In this document: positions 28,355 to 42,514 of the stretch, one piece after another | How the letters are laid out: each line of letters begins with the position of its first letter | Numbering within the stretch: position 1 is the first letter of the stretch | Origin: the human T2T-CHM13v2.0 reference genome, Homo sapiens | Length of the DNA: 64,000 nt | Direction: 5' to 3' (one strand) | Assembly (NCBI RefSeq): GCF_009914755.1 | Contig: NC_060948.1 | Program-made: the position numbers and the translations under genes | The notes under the pieces: model-generated | Told to the model about the DNA's origin: nothing | What the model saw: the letters and a program-made list of their open reading frames with translations, nothing else | Databases searched by the model: none

Positions 28355-31300
28355 ATGGAATCGAATGGAAAGGACTCGAATGGAAATCACTCGAATAGAA
28401 TGCAATTTAATAAAATAGGATCAAATGTAATGGAATGGAATGGAAAGGAATCGAAACGAAAGGAATGGAGACAGATGGAATGGAATGGAACAGAGAGCAA
28501 TGGTATAGAATGGAATGGAATCATCTGGAATGGAATTGAATGGAATGGAATAACATGAAATGGAATGGAATGCCCTTGAATTAAATGGACTGGAATGGAG
28601 TGGACTCGAACAGAGTGGAATGGAAAGTGTTGAAATAGAATGGAATGGACTCCTTTGGAATGGTCTAGTATGCAATGCAATCGACTGGCAGGGAATCAAA
28701 AGGAATGTAATCGAATGGATTGGACTGGAATGCAATGGACTCGAATAGATTGGAAACGGAATGCAAAGGAATGGAATGGAATAGTATGGAATGGAATGGA
28801 AAGGAATGGAGTGGAATAGACTAGAGTGGAATGGAATGGACTCAAAAGCAATGGACTGGAATGGAACTTTCTTGAATGGACTGGAATCAAACGGAATGGA
28901 ATGCAATGCAATCAAATGGCATGGAATAAAATAGAATGAAAGAGAATCAAACGGAATTGAATCGAATGGAATCGAATGGATTGGAAAGGAATAGAATGGA
29001 ATGGAATGGAATTGACTCAAATGGAATGGACTAGAATGGAATGGATTCGAATGGAAGGCAAAGGAATGGAATCTATTGGAATGGACTGTAATGGAATGGA
29101 ATGGAAGGGATTGGAATGGACTCGAATGGAATGGACTGCAATAGAAAGGATTCGAATGGAATGAAAAAGAATTGAATGGAATAGAACAGAATGGAATCAA
29201 ATCGAATGAAATGGAATGGAATAGAAAGGAATGGAATGAAATGGAATGGAAAGGATTCGAATGGAATGCAATCGAATGGAATGGAATCGAACAGAATGTA
29301 ATAAAATGGAAGAAAACTGGCAAGAAATGGAATCGAAATGAATGGAGTGTTATGGAACGGACTCAAAAGGAATTGAATGTAATAGAATGGAGTGGAGTGG
29401 ACTCGAATATAATGGACTGGAATGGAATGAAATCACATGGAATGGGAACGAATGGAATGGAATGGAAAGGAATGGAATCAAATGGAAAGGAATCGAATGG
29501 AAGGGAATGAAATTGAATCAACAGGAATGGAAGGGAATAGAATAGACGGTAATGGAATGGACTCGAATAGAATGCACACGAATGCTCAAATTGAATGGAC
29601 TCGAATGGAATGGAAACGAAAGGAATGTCATCGAATGGAATTGAATCGATTGGAATGAAATCGCATAGAATGCAGTGGAATCAAATGGAATTGAATCGAA
29701 AGGAAAGGAAGCGAATGGACTGAAATGAAATGGAATGGAATTGAATGGAAAGTAATGCAATGGAATAGAATGGAACGAAATTTCACGGAATGGAATCAAA
29801 CTGAATGGAATCAAATCAATGGAATATAATCAAATGGAATGGAAAGGAATTGAATGGAGTAGATTGGATTGGATGGGATTGGAATGAAATTTACTGGAAA
29901 GGACTCGAATTTCATGAAACGGAATGGAATGAATTGGAACGGAATGGACTCGAATGGAATGGAATGTCATGGAATGGCATCAAACGGAATGGCATCAAAT
30001 GGGATGGAATCGAATGCAATGGAATGCTATGGAATGGAATGGAATGCATTGGAATGGAATGTCCTCTAATGGAATGGATTCGGGTGGAATGGAATCGAAT
30101 ATAATGGAGTCGAATGAAATGGAATTGAAAGGAATGGGATCGAATACAATTGAATATACTGGAATGTAACGTAATGAACTCGAATGTAATTAACTGGAAT
30201 GGAATGTACATGAACGGAATGTAATGGAATGGAAAGTAATCCAATGGAATAGAATCTAATGCAATAAAATTGACTGTAATAGAATAGAATGTAATGGAAT
30301 GGAGTGCAGTGCAATGGAATGGAATGGAATGGAATGCAATGGAATGGAATGGAATGGAATGGAATGCAATGGGATGGAATGGTATGGAATGGATAGTAAT
30401 GGACTGGAGTGAAATGGACTGGAAAGGAATGGACTCAAATTGAAAGGGCTCGAAAGGAATGGAGTCAAATGGAATGGTCTGGAATGGAATGAACACGAAT
30501 GTAATGCAATCCAATAGAATGGAATCGAATGGCAAGGAATATAAAGAAATGGAATCGAAGAGAATGGAAACAAATGGAATGGAATTGAATGGAATGGAAT
30601 TGAATGGAATGGGAACGAATGGAGTGAAATTGTATGCAGTAGAAGAGAATAGAATGGAATGCAAGCGAAAGGAAAGGAATGGATTGGAATGGAATGGAAT
30701 TCATTGGAATGGAAGGGAATGTAGTGTAATGGACAGGCCTGGAATAAAGTGGAATGCTACGGTCTCGAATGGAATAAAAATGTATGGAATGGAATGCAAT
30801 GAAACGGAATCGAATGTCATAGAATGTAATGGAATGCAAAAAAATGGACTCCAAAATCATTGACTGGAAAGGCTGGGTGTCGAAAGGAATTGACTCCAAT
30901 GGAATGGAATCGAATGGAATGGAAGTGAATAGAATCGAACTAAATCGAATGGAATGGAATTGATAGGAACGGAATGGAAAGGAATGCAATGATTTGGCAT
31001 GGAATGGAATCGAATGGCATAGAATGGAATGGAATGGAATGCAATGGAATGGAATGTATTAGAATGTAATGAACTTTAATGGAATGTACTCGAATGGATT
31101 CGACTGGAATGGAATGTTCTGGAAGTGAATGGACTCCAATGGAATGGATTCGAAAGGAATGGAATCGTACGGAATGGTATCCAATGGAATGGAATTAAAT
31201 GGAAATGAATCAAATTGAATAGCACGGAATTGAATTGAATGGAATCGAATGCAATGGAATCTAATGAAACGGAAAGGAAAGGAATGGAATGGAATGGAAT

Positions 31301-31893
31301 GGGCTGGAATGGAATGGAATCGAAACGAATGGAATGGAATCGAACTGAAGAGACTGGAATGGAATGCACTGGAATGGAAGGGAGTGTAATGGAAGGTTCT
31401 CGAAAAAAATGGAATCGAATGGAATGGAATTGAATGGAACGGAATAGAGTCGAATGGAATTGAATGGAATGGAATGGACTAGAGTGAAATGGAATCGAAC
31501 CACAAGGAATGGACAGGAATAGAATGGTCTCGAATTGAATGGAATCGTATGGAATGGCATCAAACGGAATGGAATGGACAGCCACGGAATGGAATGCACT
31601 CGAATGCAATGGAGTCGAAACTAATGGACTGGAATAGAATGGACTCGACAGGTACGGACTCCAATGGAATGGAATCGAATGCAAGGGAATCGAACGGAAT
31701 GGACTCGAAGGGAAAAGACTGCAATGGAAAGGTCTCGAATGGAATGGAAATTAATGGAATGGAATGGAATCGAATGAAATGGAGTCAAAAGGAATGGAAT
31801 CGAATGGCAAGAAATCGAATGTAATGGAATCGCAAGGAATTGATGTGAACGGAACGGAATGGAATGGAATCCAAAGGAATGGAATAGAATGGA
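28355..31893 (+). repeat. DYZ1 unit 9 (3539 bp)
   Basis: Anchor spacing; -10 bp near 28565. Confidence 0.93.
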
Positions 31894-34800
31894 ATGGAAT
31901 CGAATGGAAAGGACTCGAATGGAAATCACTCGAATAGAATGCAATTTAATAAAATAGGATCAAATGTAATGGAATGGAATGGAAAGGAATCGAAACGAAA
32001 GGAATGGAGACAGATGGAATGGAATGGAACAGAGAGCAATGGTATAGAATGGAATGGAATCATCTGGAATGGAATTGAATGGAATGGAATAACATGAAAT
32101 GGAATGGAATGGAATGGAATGCCCTTGAATTAAATGGACTGGAATGGAATGGACTCGAACAGAGTGGAATGGAAAGTGTTGAAATAGAATGGAATGGACT
32201 CCTTTGGAATGGTCTAGTATGCAATGCAATCGACTGGCAGGGAATCAAAAGGAATGTAATCGAATGGATTGGACTGGAATGCAATGGACTCGAATAGATT
32301 GGAAACGGAATGCAAAGGAATGGAATGGAATAGTATGGAATGGAATGGAAAGGAATGGAGTGGAATAGACTAGAGTGGAATGGAATGGACTCAAAAGCAA
32401 TGGACTGGAATGGAACTTTCTTGAATGGACTGGAATCAAACGGAATGGAATGCAATGCAATCAAATGGCATGGAATAAAATAGAATGAAAGAGAATCAAA
32501 CGGAATTGAATCGAATGGAATCGAATGGATTGGAAAGGAATAGAATGGAATGGAATGGAATTGACTCAAATGGAATGGACTAGAATGGAATGGATTCGAA
32601 TGGAAGGCAAAGGAATGGAATCTATTGGAATGGACTGTAATGGAATGGAATGGAAGGGATTGGAATGGACTCGAATGGAATGGACTGCAATAGAAAGGAT
32701 TCGAATGGAATGAAAAAGAATTGAATGGAATAGAACAGAATGGAATCAAATCGAATGAAATGGAATGGAATAGAAAGGAATGGAATGAAATGGAATGGAA
32801 AGGATTCGAATGGAATGCAATCGAATGGAATGGAATCGAACGGAATGTAATAAAATGGAAGAAAACTGGCAAGAAATGGAATCGAAATGAATGGAGTGTT
32901 ATGGAACGGACTCAAAAGGAATTGAATGTAATAGAATGGAGTGGAGTGGACTCGAATATAATGGACTGGAATGGAATGAAATCACATGGAATGGGAACGA
33001 ATGGAATGGAATGGAAAGGAATGGAATGGAATGGAAAGGAATCGAATGGAAGGGAATGAAATTGAATCAACAGGAATGGAAGGGAGTAGAATAGACGGCA
33101 ATGGAATGGACTCGAATAGAATGCACACGAATGCTCAAATTGAATGGACTCGAATGGAATGGAAACGAAAGGAATGTCATCGAATGGAATTGAATCGATT
33201 GGAATGAAATCGCATAGAATGCAGTGGAATCAAATGGAATTGAATCGAAAGGAAAGGAAGCGAATGGACTGAAATGAAATGGAATGGAATTGAATGGAAA
33301 GTAATGCAATGGAATAGAATGGAACGAAATTTCACGGAATGGAATCAAACTGAATGGAATCAAATCAATGGAATATAATCAAATGGAATGGAAAGGAATT
33401 GAATGGAGTAGATTGGATTGGATGGGATTGGAATGAAATTTACTGGAAAGGACTCGAATTTCATGAAACGGAATGGAATGAATTGGAACGGAATGGACTC
33501 GAATGGAATGGAATGTCATGGAATGGCATCAAACGGAATGGCATCAAATGGGATGGAATCGAATGCAATGGAATGCTATGGAATGGAATGGAATGCATTG
33601 GAATGGAATGTCCTCTAATGGAATGGATTTGGGTGGAATGGAATCGAATATAATGGAGTCGAATGAAATGGAATTGAAAGGAATGGGATCGAATACAATG
33701 GAATATACTGGAATGTAACGTAATGAACTCGAATGTAATTAACTGGAATGGAATGTACATGAACGGAATGTAATCGAATGGAAAGTAATCCAATGGAATA
33801 GAATCTAATGCAATAAAATTGACTGTAATAGAATAGAATGTAATGGAATGGAGTGCAGTGCAATGGAATGGAATGGAATGGAATGCAATGGAATGGAATG
33901 GAATGGAATGGAATGCAATGGGATGGAATGGTATGGAATGGATAGTAATGGACTGGAGTGAAATGGACTGGAAAGGAATGGACTCAAATTGAAAGGGCTC
34001 GAAAGGAATGGAGTCAAATGGAATGATCTGGAATGGAATGAACACGAATGTAATGCAATCCAATAGAATGGAATCGAATGGCAAGGAATATAAAGAAATG
34101 GAATCGAAGAGAATGGAAACAAATGGAATGGAATTGAATGGAATGGAATTGAATGGAATGGGAACGAATGGAGTGAAATTGTATGCAGTAGAAGAGAATA
34201 GAATGGAATGCAAGCGAAAGGAAAGGAATGGATTGGAATGGAATGGAATTCATTGGAATGGAAGGGAATGTAGTGTAATGGACAGGCCTGGAATAAAGTG
34301 GAATGCTACGGTCTCGAATGGAATAAAAATGTATGGAATGGAATGCAATGAAACGGAATCGAATGTCATAGAATGTAATGGAATGCAAAAAAATGGACTC
34401 CAAAATCATTGACTGGAAAGGCTGGGTGTCGAAAGGAATTGACTCCAATGGAATGGAATCGAATGGAATGGAAGTGAATAGAATCGAACTAAATCGAATG
34501 GAATGGAATTGATAGGAACGGAATGGAAAGGAATGCAATGATTTGGCATGGAATGGAATCGAATGGCATCGAATGGAATGGAATGGAATGCAATGGAATG
34601 GAATGTATTAGAATGTAATGAACTTTAATGGAATGTACTCGAATGGATTCGACTGGAATGGAATGTTCTGGAAGTGAATGGACTCCAATGGAATGGATTC
34701 GAAAGGAATGGAATCGTACGGAATGGTATCCAATGGAATGGAATTAAATGGAAATGAATCAAATTGAATAGCACGGAATTGAATTGAATGGAATCGAATG

Positions 34801-35441
34801 CAATGGAATCTAATGAAACGGAAAGGAAAGGAATGGAATGGAATGGAATGGGCTGGAATGGAATGGAATCGAAACGAATGGAATGGAATCGAACTGAAGA
34901 GACTGGAATGGAATGCACTGGAATGGAAGGGAGTGTAATGGAAGGTTCTCGAAAAAATGGAATCGAATGGAATGGAATTGAATGGAACGGAATAGAGTCG
35001 AATGGAATTGAATGGAATGGAATGGACTAGAGTGAAATGGAATCGAACCACAAGGAATGGACAGGAATAGAATGGTCTCGAATTGAATGGAATCGTATGG
35101 AATGGCATCAAACGGAATGGAATGGACAGCCACGGAATGGAATGCACTCGAATGCAATGGAGTCGAAACTAATGGACTGGAATAGAATGGACTCGACTGG
35201 TACGGACTCCAATGGAATGGAATCGAATGCAAGGGAATCGAACGGAATGGACTCGAAGGGAAAAGACTGCAATGGAAAGGTCTCGAATGGAATGGAAATT
35301 AATGGAATGGAATGGAATCGAATGAAATGGAGTCAAAAGGAATGGAATCGAATGGCAAGAAATCGAATGTAATGGAATCGCAAGGAATTGATGTGAACGG
35401 AACGGAATGGAATGGAATCCAAAGGAATGGAATAGAATGGA
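31894..35441 (+). repeat. DYZ1 unit 10 (3548 bp)
   Basis: Anchor spacing; A7 to A6 at 34952-34957. Confidence 0.93.
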
Positions 35442-38400
35442 ATGGAATCGAATGGAAAGGACTCGAATGGAAATCACTCGAATAGAATGCAATTTAATAA
35501 AATAGGATCAAATGTAATGGAATGGAATGGAAAGGAATCGAAACGAAAGGAATGGAGACAGATGGAATGGAATGGAACAGAGAGCAATGGTATAGAATGG
35601 AATGGAATCATCTGGAATGGAATTGAATGGAATGGAATAACATGAAATGGAATGGAATGGAATGGAATGCCCTTGAATTAAATGGACTGGAATGGAATGG
35701 ACTCGAACAGAGTGGAATGGAAAGTGTTGAAATAGAATGGAATGGACTCCTTTGGAATGGTCTAGTATGCAATGCAATCGACTGGCAGGGAATCAAAAGG
35801 AATGTAATCGAATGGATTGGACTGGAATGCAATGGACTCGAATAGATTGGAAACGGAATGCAAAGGAATGGAATGGAATAGTATGGAATGGAATGGAAAG
35901 GAATGGAGTGGAATAGACTAGAGTGGAATGGAATGGACTCAAAAGCAATGGACTGGAATGGAACTTTCTTGAATGGACTGGAATCAAACGGAATGGAATG
36001 CAATGCAATCAAATGGCATGGAATAAAATAGAATGAAAGAGAATCAAACGGAATTGAATCGAATGGAATCGAATGGATTGGAAAGGAATAGAATGGAATG
36101 GAATGGAATTGACTCAAATGGAATGGACTAGAATGGAATGGATTCGAATGGAAGGCAAAGGAATGGAATCTATTGGAATGGACTGTAATGGAATGGAATG
36201 GAAGGGATTGGAATGGACTCGAATGGAATGGACTGCAATAGAAAGGATTCGAATGGAATGAAAAAGAATTGAATGGAATAGAACAGAATGGAATCAAATC
36301 GAATGAAATGGAATGGAATAGAAAGGAATGGAATGAAATGGAATGGAAAGGATTCGAATGGAATGCAATCGAATGGAATGGAATCGAACGGAATGTAATA
36401 AAATGGAAGAAAACTGGCAAGAAATGGAATCGAAATGAATGGAGTGTTATGGAACGGACTCAAAAGGAATTGAATGTAATAGAATGGAGTGGAGTGGACT
36501 CGAATATAATGGACTGGAATGGAATGAAATCACATGGAATGGGAACGAATGGAATGGAATGGAAAGGAATGGAATGGAATGGAAAGGAATCGAATGGAAG
36601 GGAATGAAATTGAATCAACAGGAATGGAAGGGAGTAGAATAGACGGTAATGGAATGGACTCGAATAGAATGCACACGAATGCTCAAATTGAATGGACTCG
36701 AATGGAATGGAAACGAAAGGAATGTCATCGAATGGAATTGAATCGATTGGAATGAAATCGCATAGAATGCAGTGGAATCAAATGGAATTGAATCGAAAGG
36801 AAAGGAAGGGAATGGACTGAAATGAAATGGAATGGAATTGAATGGAAAGTAATGCAATGGAATAGAATGGAACGAAATTTCACGGAATGGAATCAAACTG
36901 AATGGAATCAAATCAATGGAATATAATCAAATGGAATGGAAAGGAATTGAATGGAGTAGATTGGATTGGATGGGATTGGAATGAAATTTACTGGAAAGGA
37001 CTCGAATTTCATGAAACGGAATGGAATGAATTGGAACGGAATGGACTCGAATGGAATGGAATGTCATGGAATGGCATCAAACGGAATGCCATCAAATGGA
37101 ATGGAATCGAATGCAATGGAATGCTATGGAATGGAATGGAATGCATTGGAATGGAATGTCCTCTAACGGAATGGATTCGGGTGGAATGGAATCGAATATA
37201 ATGGAGTCGAATGAAATGGAATTGAAAGGAATGGGATCGAATACAATGGAACATACTGGAATGTAACGTAATGAACTCGAATGTAATTGACTGGAATGGA
37301 ATGTACATGAATGGAATGTAATCGAATGGAAAGTAATCCAATGGAATAGAATCTAATGCAATAAAATCGACTGTAATAGAATAGAATGTAATGGAATGGA
37401 GAGCAGTGCAATGGAATGGAATGGAACGGAATGCAATGGAATGGAATGGAATGGAATGGAATGCAATGGGATGGAATGGTATGGAATGGATAGTAATGGA
37501 CTGGAGTGAAATGGACTGGAAAGGAATGGACTCAAATTGAAAGGGCTCGAAAGGAATGGAGTCAAATGGAATGGTCTGGAATGGAATGAACACGAATGTA
37601 ATGCAATCCAATAGAATGGAATCGAATGGCATGGAATATAAAGAAATGGAATCGAAGAGAATGGAAACAAATGGAATGGAATTGAATGGAATGGGAACGA
37701 ATGGAGTGAAATTGTATGCAGTAGAAGAGAATAGAATGGAATGCAAGCGAAAGGAAAGGAATGGATTGGAATGGAATGGAATTCATTGGAATGGAAGGGA
37801 ATGTAGTGTAATGGACAGGCCTGGAATAAAGTGGAATGCTACGGTCTCGAATGGAATAAAAATGTATGGAATGGAATGCAATGAAACGGAATCGAATGTC
37901 ATAGAATGTAATGGAATGCAAAAAAATGGACACCAAAATCATTGACTGGAAAGGCTGGGTGTCGAAAGGAATTGACTCCAATGGAATGGAATCGAATGGA
38001 ATGGAAGTGAATAGAATCGAACTAAATCGAATGGAATGGAATTGATAGGAACGGAATAGAAAGGAATGCAATGATTTGGCATGGAATGGAATCGAATGGC
38101 ATCGAATGGAATGGAATGGAATGCAATGGAATGGAATGTATTAGAATGTAATGAACTTTAATGGAATGTACTCGAATGGATTCGACTGGAATGGAATGTT
38201 CTGGAAGTGAATGGACTCCAATGGAATGGATTCGAAAGGAATGGAATCGTACGGAATGGTAACCAATGGAATGGAATTAAATGGAAATGAATCAAATTGA
38301 ATAGAACGGAATTGAATTGAATGGAATCGAATGCAATGGAATCTAATGAAACGGAAAGGAAAGGAATGGAATGGAATGGAATGGGCTGGAATGGAATGGA

Positions 38401-38975
38401 ATCGAAACGAATGGAATGGAATCGAACTGAAGAGACTGGAATGGAATGCACTGGAATGGAAGGGAGTGTAATGGAAGGTTCTCGAAAAAAATGGAAACGA
38501 ATGGAATGGAATTGAATGGAACGGAATAGAGTCGAATGGAATTGAATGGAATGGAATGGACTAGAGTGAAATGGAATCGAACCACAAGGAATGGACAGGA
38601 ATAGAATGGTCTCGAATTGAATGGAATCGTATGGAATGGCATCAAACGGAATGGAATGGACAGCCACGGAATGGAATGTACTCGAATGCAATGGAGTCGA
38701 AACTAATGGACTGGAATAGAATGGACTCGACTGGTACGGACTCCAATGGAATGGAATCGAATGGAAGGGAATCGAACGGAATGGACTCGAAGGGAAAAGA
38801 CTGCAATGGAAAGGTCTCGAATGGAATGGAAATTAATGGAATGGAATGGAATCGAATGAAATGGAGTCAAAAGGAATGGAATCGAATGGCAAGAAATCGA
38901 ATGTAATGGAATCGCAAGGAATTGATGTGAACGGAACGGAATGGAATGGAATCCAAAGGAATGGAATAGAATGGA
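35442..38975 (+). repeat. DYZ1 unit 11 (3534 bp; chimeric unit)
   Basis: Anchor spacing; -15 bp near 37681; left part resembles unit 14, right part resembles unit 8. Confidence 0.92.
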
Positions 38976-41900
38976 ATGGAATCGAATGGAAAGGACTCGA
39001 ATGGAAATCACTCGAATAGAATGCAATTTAATAAAATAGGATCAAATGTAATGGAATGGAATGGAAAGGAATCGAAACGAAAGGAATGGAGACAGATGGA
39101 ATGGAATGGAACAGAGAGCAATGGTATAGAATGGAATGGAATCATCTGGAATGGAATTGAATGGAATGGAATAACATGAAATGGAATGGAATGCCCTTGA
39201 ATTAAATGGACTGGAATGGAGTGGACTCGAACAGAGTGGAATGGAAAGTGTTGAAATAGAATGGAATGGACTCCTTTGGAATGGTCTAGTATGCAATGCA
39301 ATCGACTGGCAGGGAATCAAAAGGAATGTAATCGAATGGATTGGACTGGAATGCAATGGACTCGAATAGATTGGAAACGGAATGCAAAGGAATGGAATGG
39401 AATAGTATGGAATGGAATGGAAAGGAATGGAGTGGAATAGACTAGAGTGGAATGGAATGGACTCAAAAGCAATGGACTGGAATGGAACTTTCTTGAATGG
39501 ACTGGAATCAAACGGAATGGAATGCAATGCAATCAAATGGCATGGAATAAAATAGAATGAAAGAGAATCAAACGGAATTGAATCGAATGGAATCGAATGG
39601 ATTGGAAAGGAATAGAATGGAATGGAATGGAATTGACTCAAATGGAATGGACTAGAATGGAATGGATTCGAATGGAAGGCAAAGGAATGGAATCTATTGG
39701 AATGGACTGTAATGGAATGGAATGGAAGGGATTGGAATGGACTCGAATGGAATGGACTGCAATAGAAAGGATTCGAATGGAATGAAAAAGAATTGAATGG
39801 AATAGAACTGAATGGAATCAAATCGAATGAAATGGAATGGAATAGAAAGGAATGGAATGAAATGGAATGGAAAGGATTCGAATGGAATGCAATCGAATGG
39901 AATGGAATCGAACAGAATGTAATAAAATGGAAGAAAACTGGCAAGAAATGGAATCGAAATGAATGGAGTGTTATGGAACGGACTCAAAAGGAATTGAATG
40001 TAATAGAATGGAGTGGAGTGGACTCGAATATAATGGACTGGAATGGAATGAAATCACATGGAATGGGAACGAATGGAATGGAATGGAAAGGAATGGAATC
40101 AAATGGAAAGGAATCGAATGGAAGGGAATGAAATTGAATCAACAGGAATGGAAGGGAATAGAATAGACGGTAATGGAATGGACTCGAATAGAATGCACAC
40201 GAATGCTCAAATTGAATGGACTCGAATGGAATGGAAACGAAAGGAATGTCATCGAATGGAATTGAATCGATTGGAATGAAATCGCATAGAATGCAGTGGA
40301 ATCAAATGGAATTGAATCGAAAGGAAAGGAAGCGAATGGACTGAAATGAAATGGAATGGAATTGAATGGAAAGTAATGCAATGGAATAGAATGGAACGAA
40401 ATTTCACGGAATGGAATCAAACTGAATGGAATCAAATCAATGGAATATAATCAAATGGAATGGAAAGGAATTGAATGGAGTAGATTGGATTGGATGGGAT
40501 TGGAATGAAATTTACTGGAAAGGACTCGAATTTCATGAAACGGAATGGAATGAATTGGAACGGAATGGACTCGAATGGAATGGAATGTCATGGAATGGCA
40601 TCAAACGGAATGGCATCAAATGGGATGGAATCGAATGCAATGGAATGCTATGGAATGGAATGGAATGCATTGGAATGGAATGTCCTCTAATGGAATGGAT
40701 TCGGGTGGAATGGAATCGAATATAATGGAGTCGAATGAAATGGAATTGAAAGGAATGGGATCGAATACAATGGAATATACTGGAATGTAACGTAATGAAC
40801 TCGAATGTAATTAACTGGAATGGAATGTACATGAACGGAATGTAATGGAATGGAAAGTAATCCAATGGAATAGAATCTAATGCAATAAAATTGACTGTAA
40901 TAGAATAGAATGTAATGGAATGGAGTGCAGTGCAATGGAATGGAATGGAATGGAATGCAATGGAATGGAATGGAATGGAATGGAATGCAATGGGATGGAA
41001 TGGTATGGAATGGATAGTAATGGACTGGAGTGAAATGGACTGGAAAGGAATGGACTCAAATTGAAAGGGCTCGAAAGGAATGGAGTCAAATGGAATGGTC
41101 TGGAATGGAATGAACACGAATGTAATGCAATCCAATAGAATGGAATCGAATGGCAAGGAATATAAAGAAATGGAATCGAAGAGAATGGAAACAAATGGAA
41201 TGGAATTGAATGGAATGGAATTGAATGGAATGGGAACGAATGGAGTGAAATTGTATGCAGTAGAAGAGAATAGAATGGAATGCAAGCGAAAGGAAAGGAA
41301 TGGATTGGAATGGAATGGAATTCATTGGAATGGAAGGGAATGTAGTGTAATGGACAGGCCTGGAATAAAGTGGAATGCTACGGTCTCGAATGGAATAAAA
41401 ATGTATGGAATGGAATGCAATGAAACGGAATCGAATGTCATAGAATGTAATGGAATGCAAAAAAATGGACTCCAAAATCATTGACTGGAAAGGCTGGGTG
41501 TCGAAAGGAATTGACTCCAATGGAATGGAATCGAATGGAATGGAAGTGAATAGAATCGAACTAAATCGAATGGAATGGAATTGATAGGAACGGAATGGAA
41601 AGGAATGCAATGATTTGGCATGGAATGGAATCGAATGGCATAGAATGGAATGGAATGGAATGCAATGGAATGGAATGTATTAGAATGTAATGAACTTTAA
41701 TGGAATGTACTCGAATGGATTCGACTGGAATGGAATGTTCTGGAAGTGAATGGACTCCAATGGAATGGATTCGAAAGGAATGGAATCGTACGGAATGGTA
41801 TCCAATGGAATGGAATTAAATGGAAATGAATCAAATTGAATAGCACGGAATTGAATTGAATGGAATCGAATGCAATGGAATCTAATGAAACGGAAAGGAA

Positions 41901-42514
41901 AGGAATGGAATGGAATGGAATGGGCTGGAATGGAATGGAATCGAAACGAATGGAATGGAATCGAACTGAAGAGACTGGAATGGAATGCACTGGAATGGAA
42001 GGGAGTGTAATGGAAGGTTCTCGAAAAAAATGGAATCGAATGGAATGGAATTGAATGGAACGGAATAGAGTCGAATGGAATTGAATGGAATGGAATGGAC
42101 TAGAGTGAAATGGAATCGAACCACAAGGAATGGACAGGAATAGAATGGTCTCGAATTGAATGGAATCGTATGGAATGGCATCAAACGGAATGGAATGGAC
42201 AGCCACGGAATGGAATGCACTCGAATGCAATGGAGTCGAAACTAATGGACTGGAATAGAATGGACTCGACTGGTACGGACTCCAATGGAATGGAATCGAA
42301 TGCAAGGGAATCGAACGGAATGGACTCGAAGGGAAAAGACTGCAATGGAAAGGTCTCGAATGGAATGGAAATTAATGGAATGGAATGGAATCGAATGAAA
42401 TGGAGTCAAAAGGAAGGGAATCGAATGGCAAGAAATCGAATGTAATGGAATCGCAAGGAATTGATGTGAAAGGAACGGAATGGAATGGAATCCAAAGGAA
42501 TGGAATAGAATGGA
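38976..42514 (+). repeat. DYZ1 unit 12 (3539 bp)
   Basis: Anchor spacing; -10 bp near 39186; shares diagnostic variants with unit 9. Confidence 0.93.
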
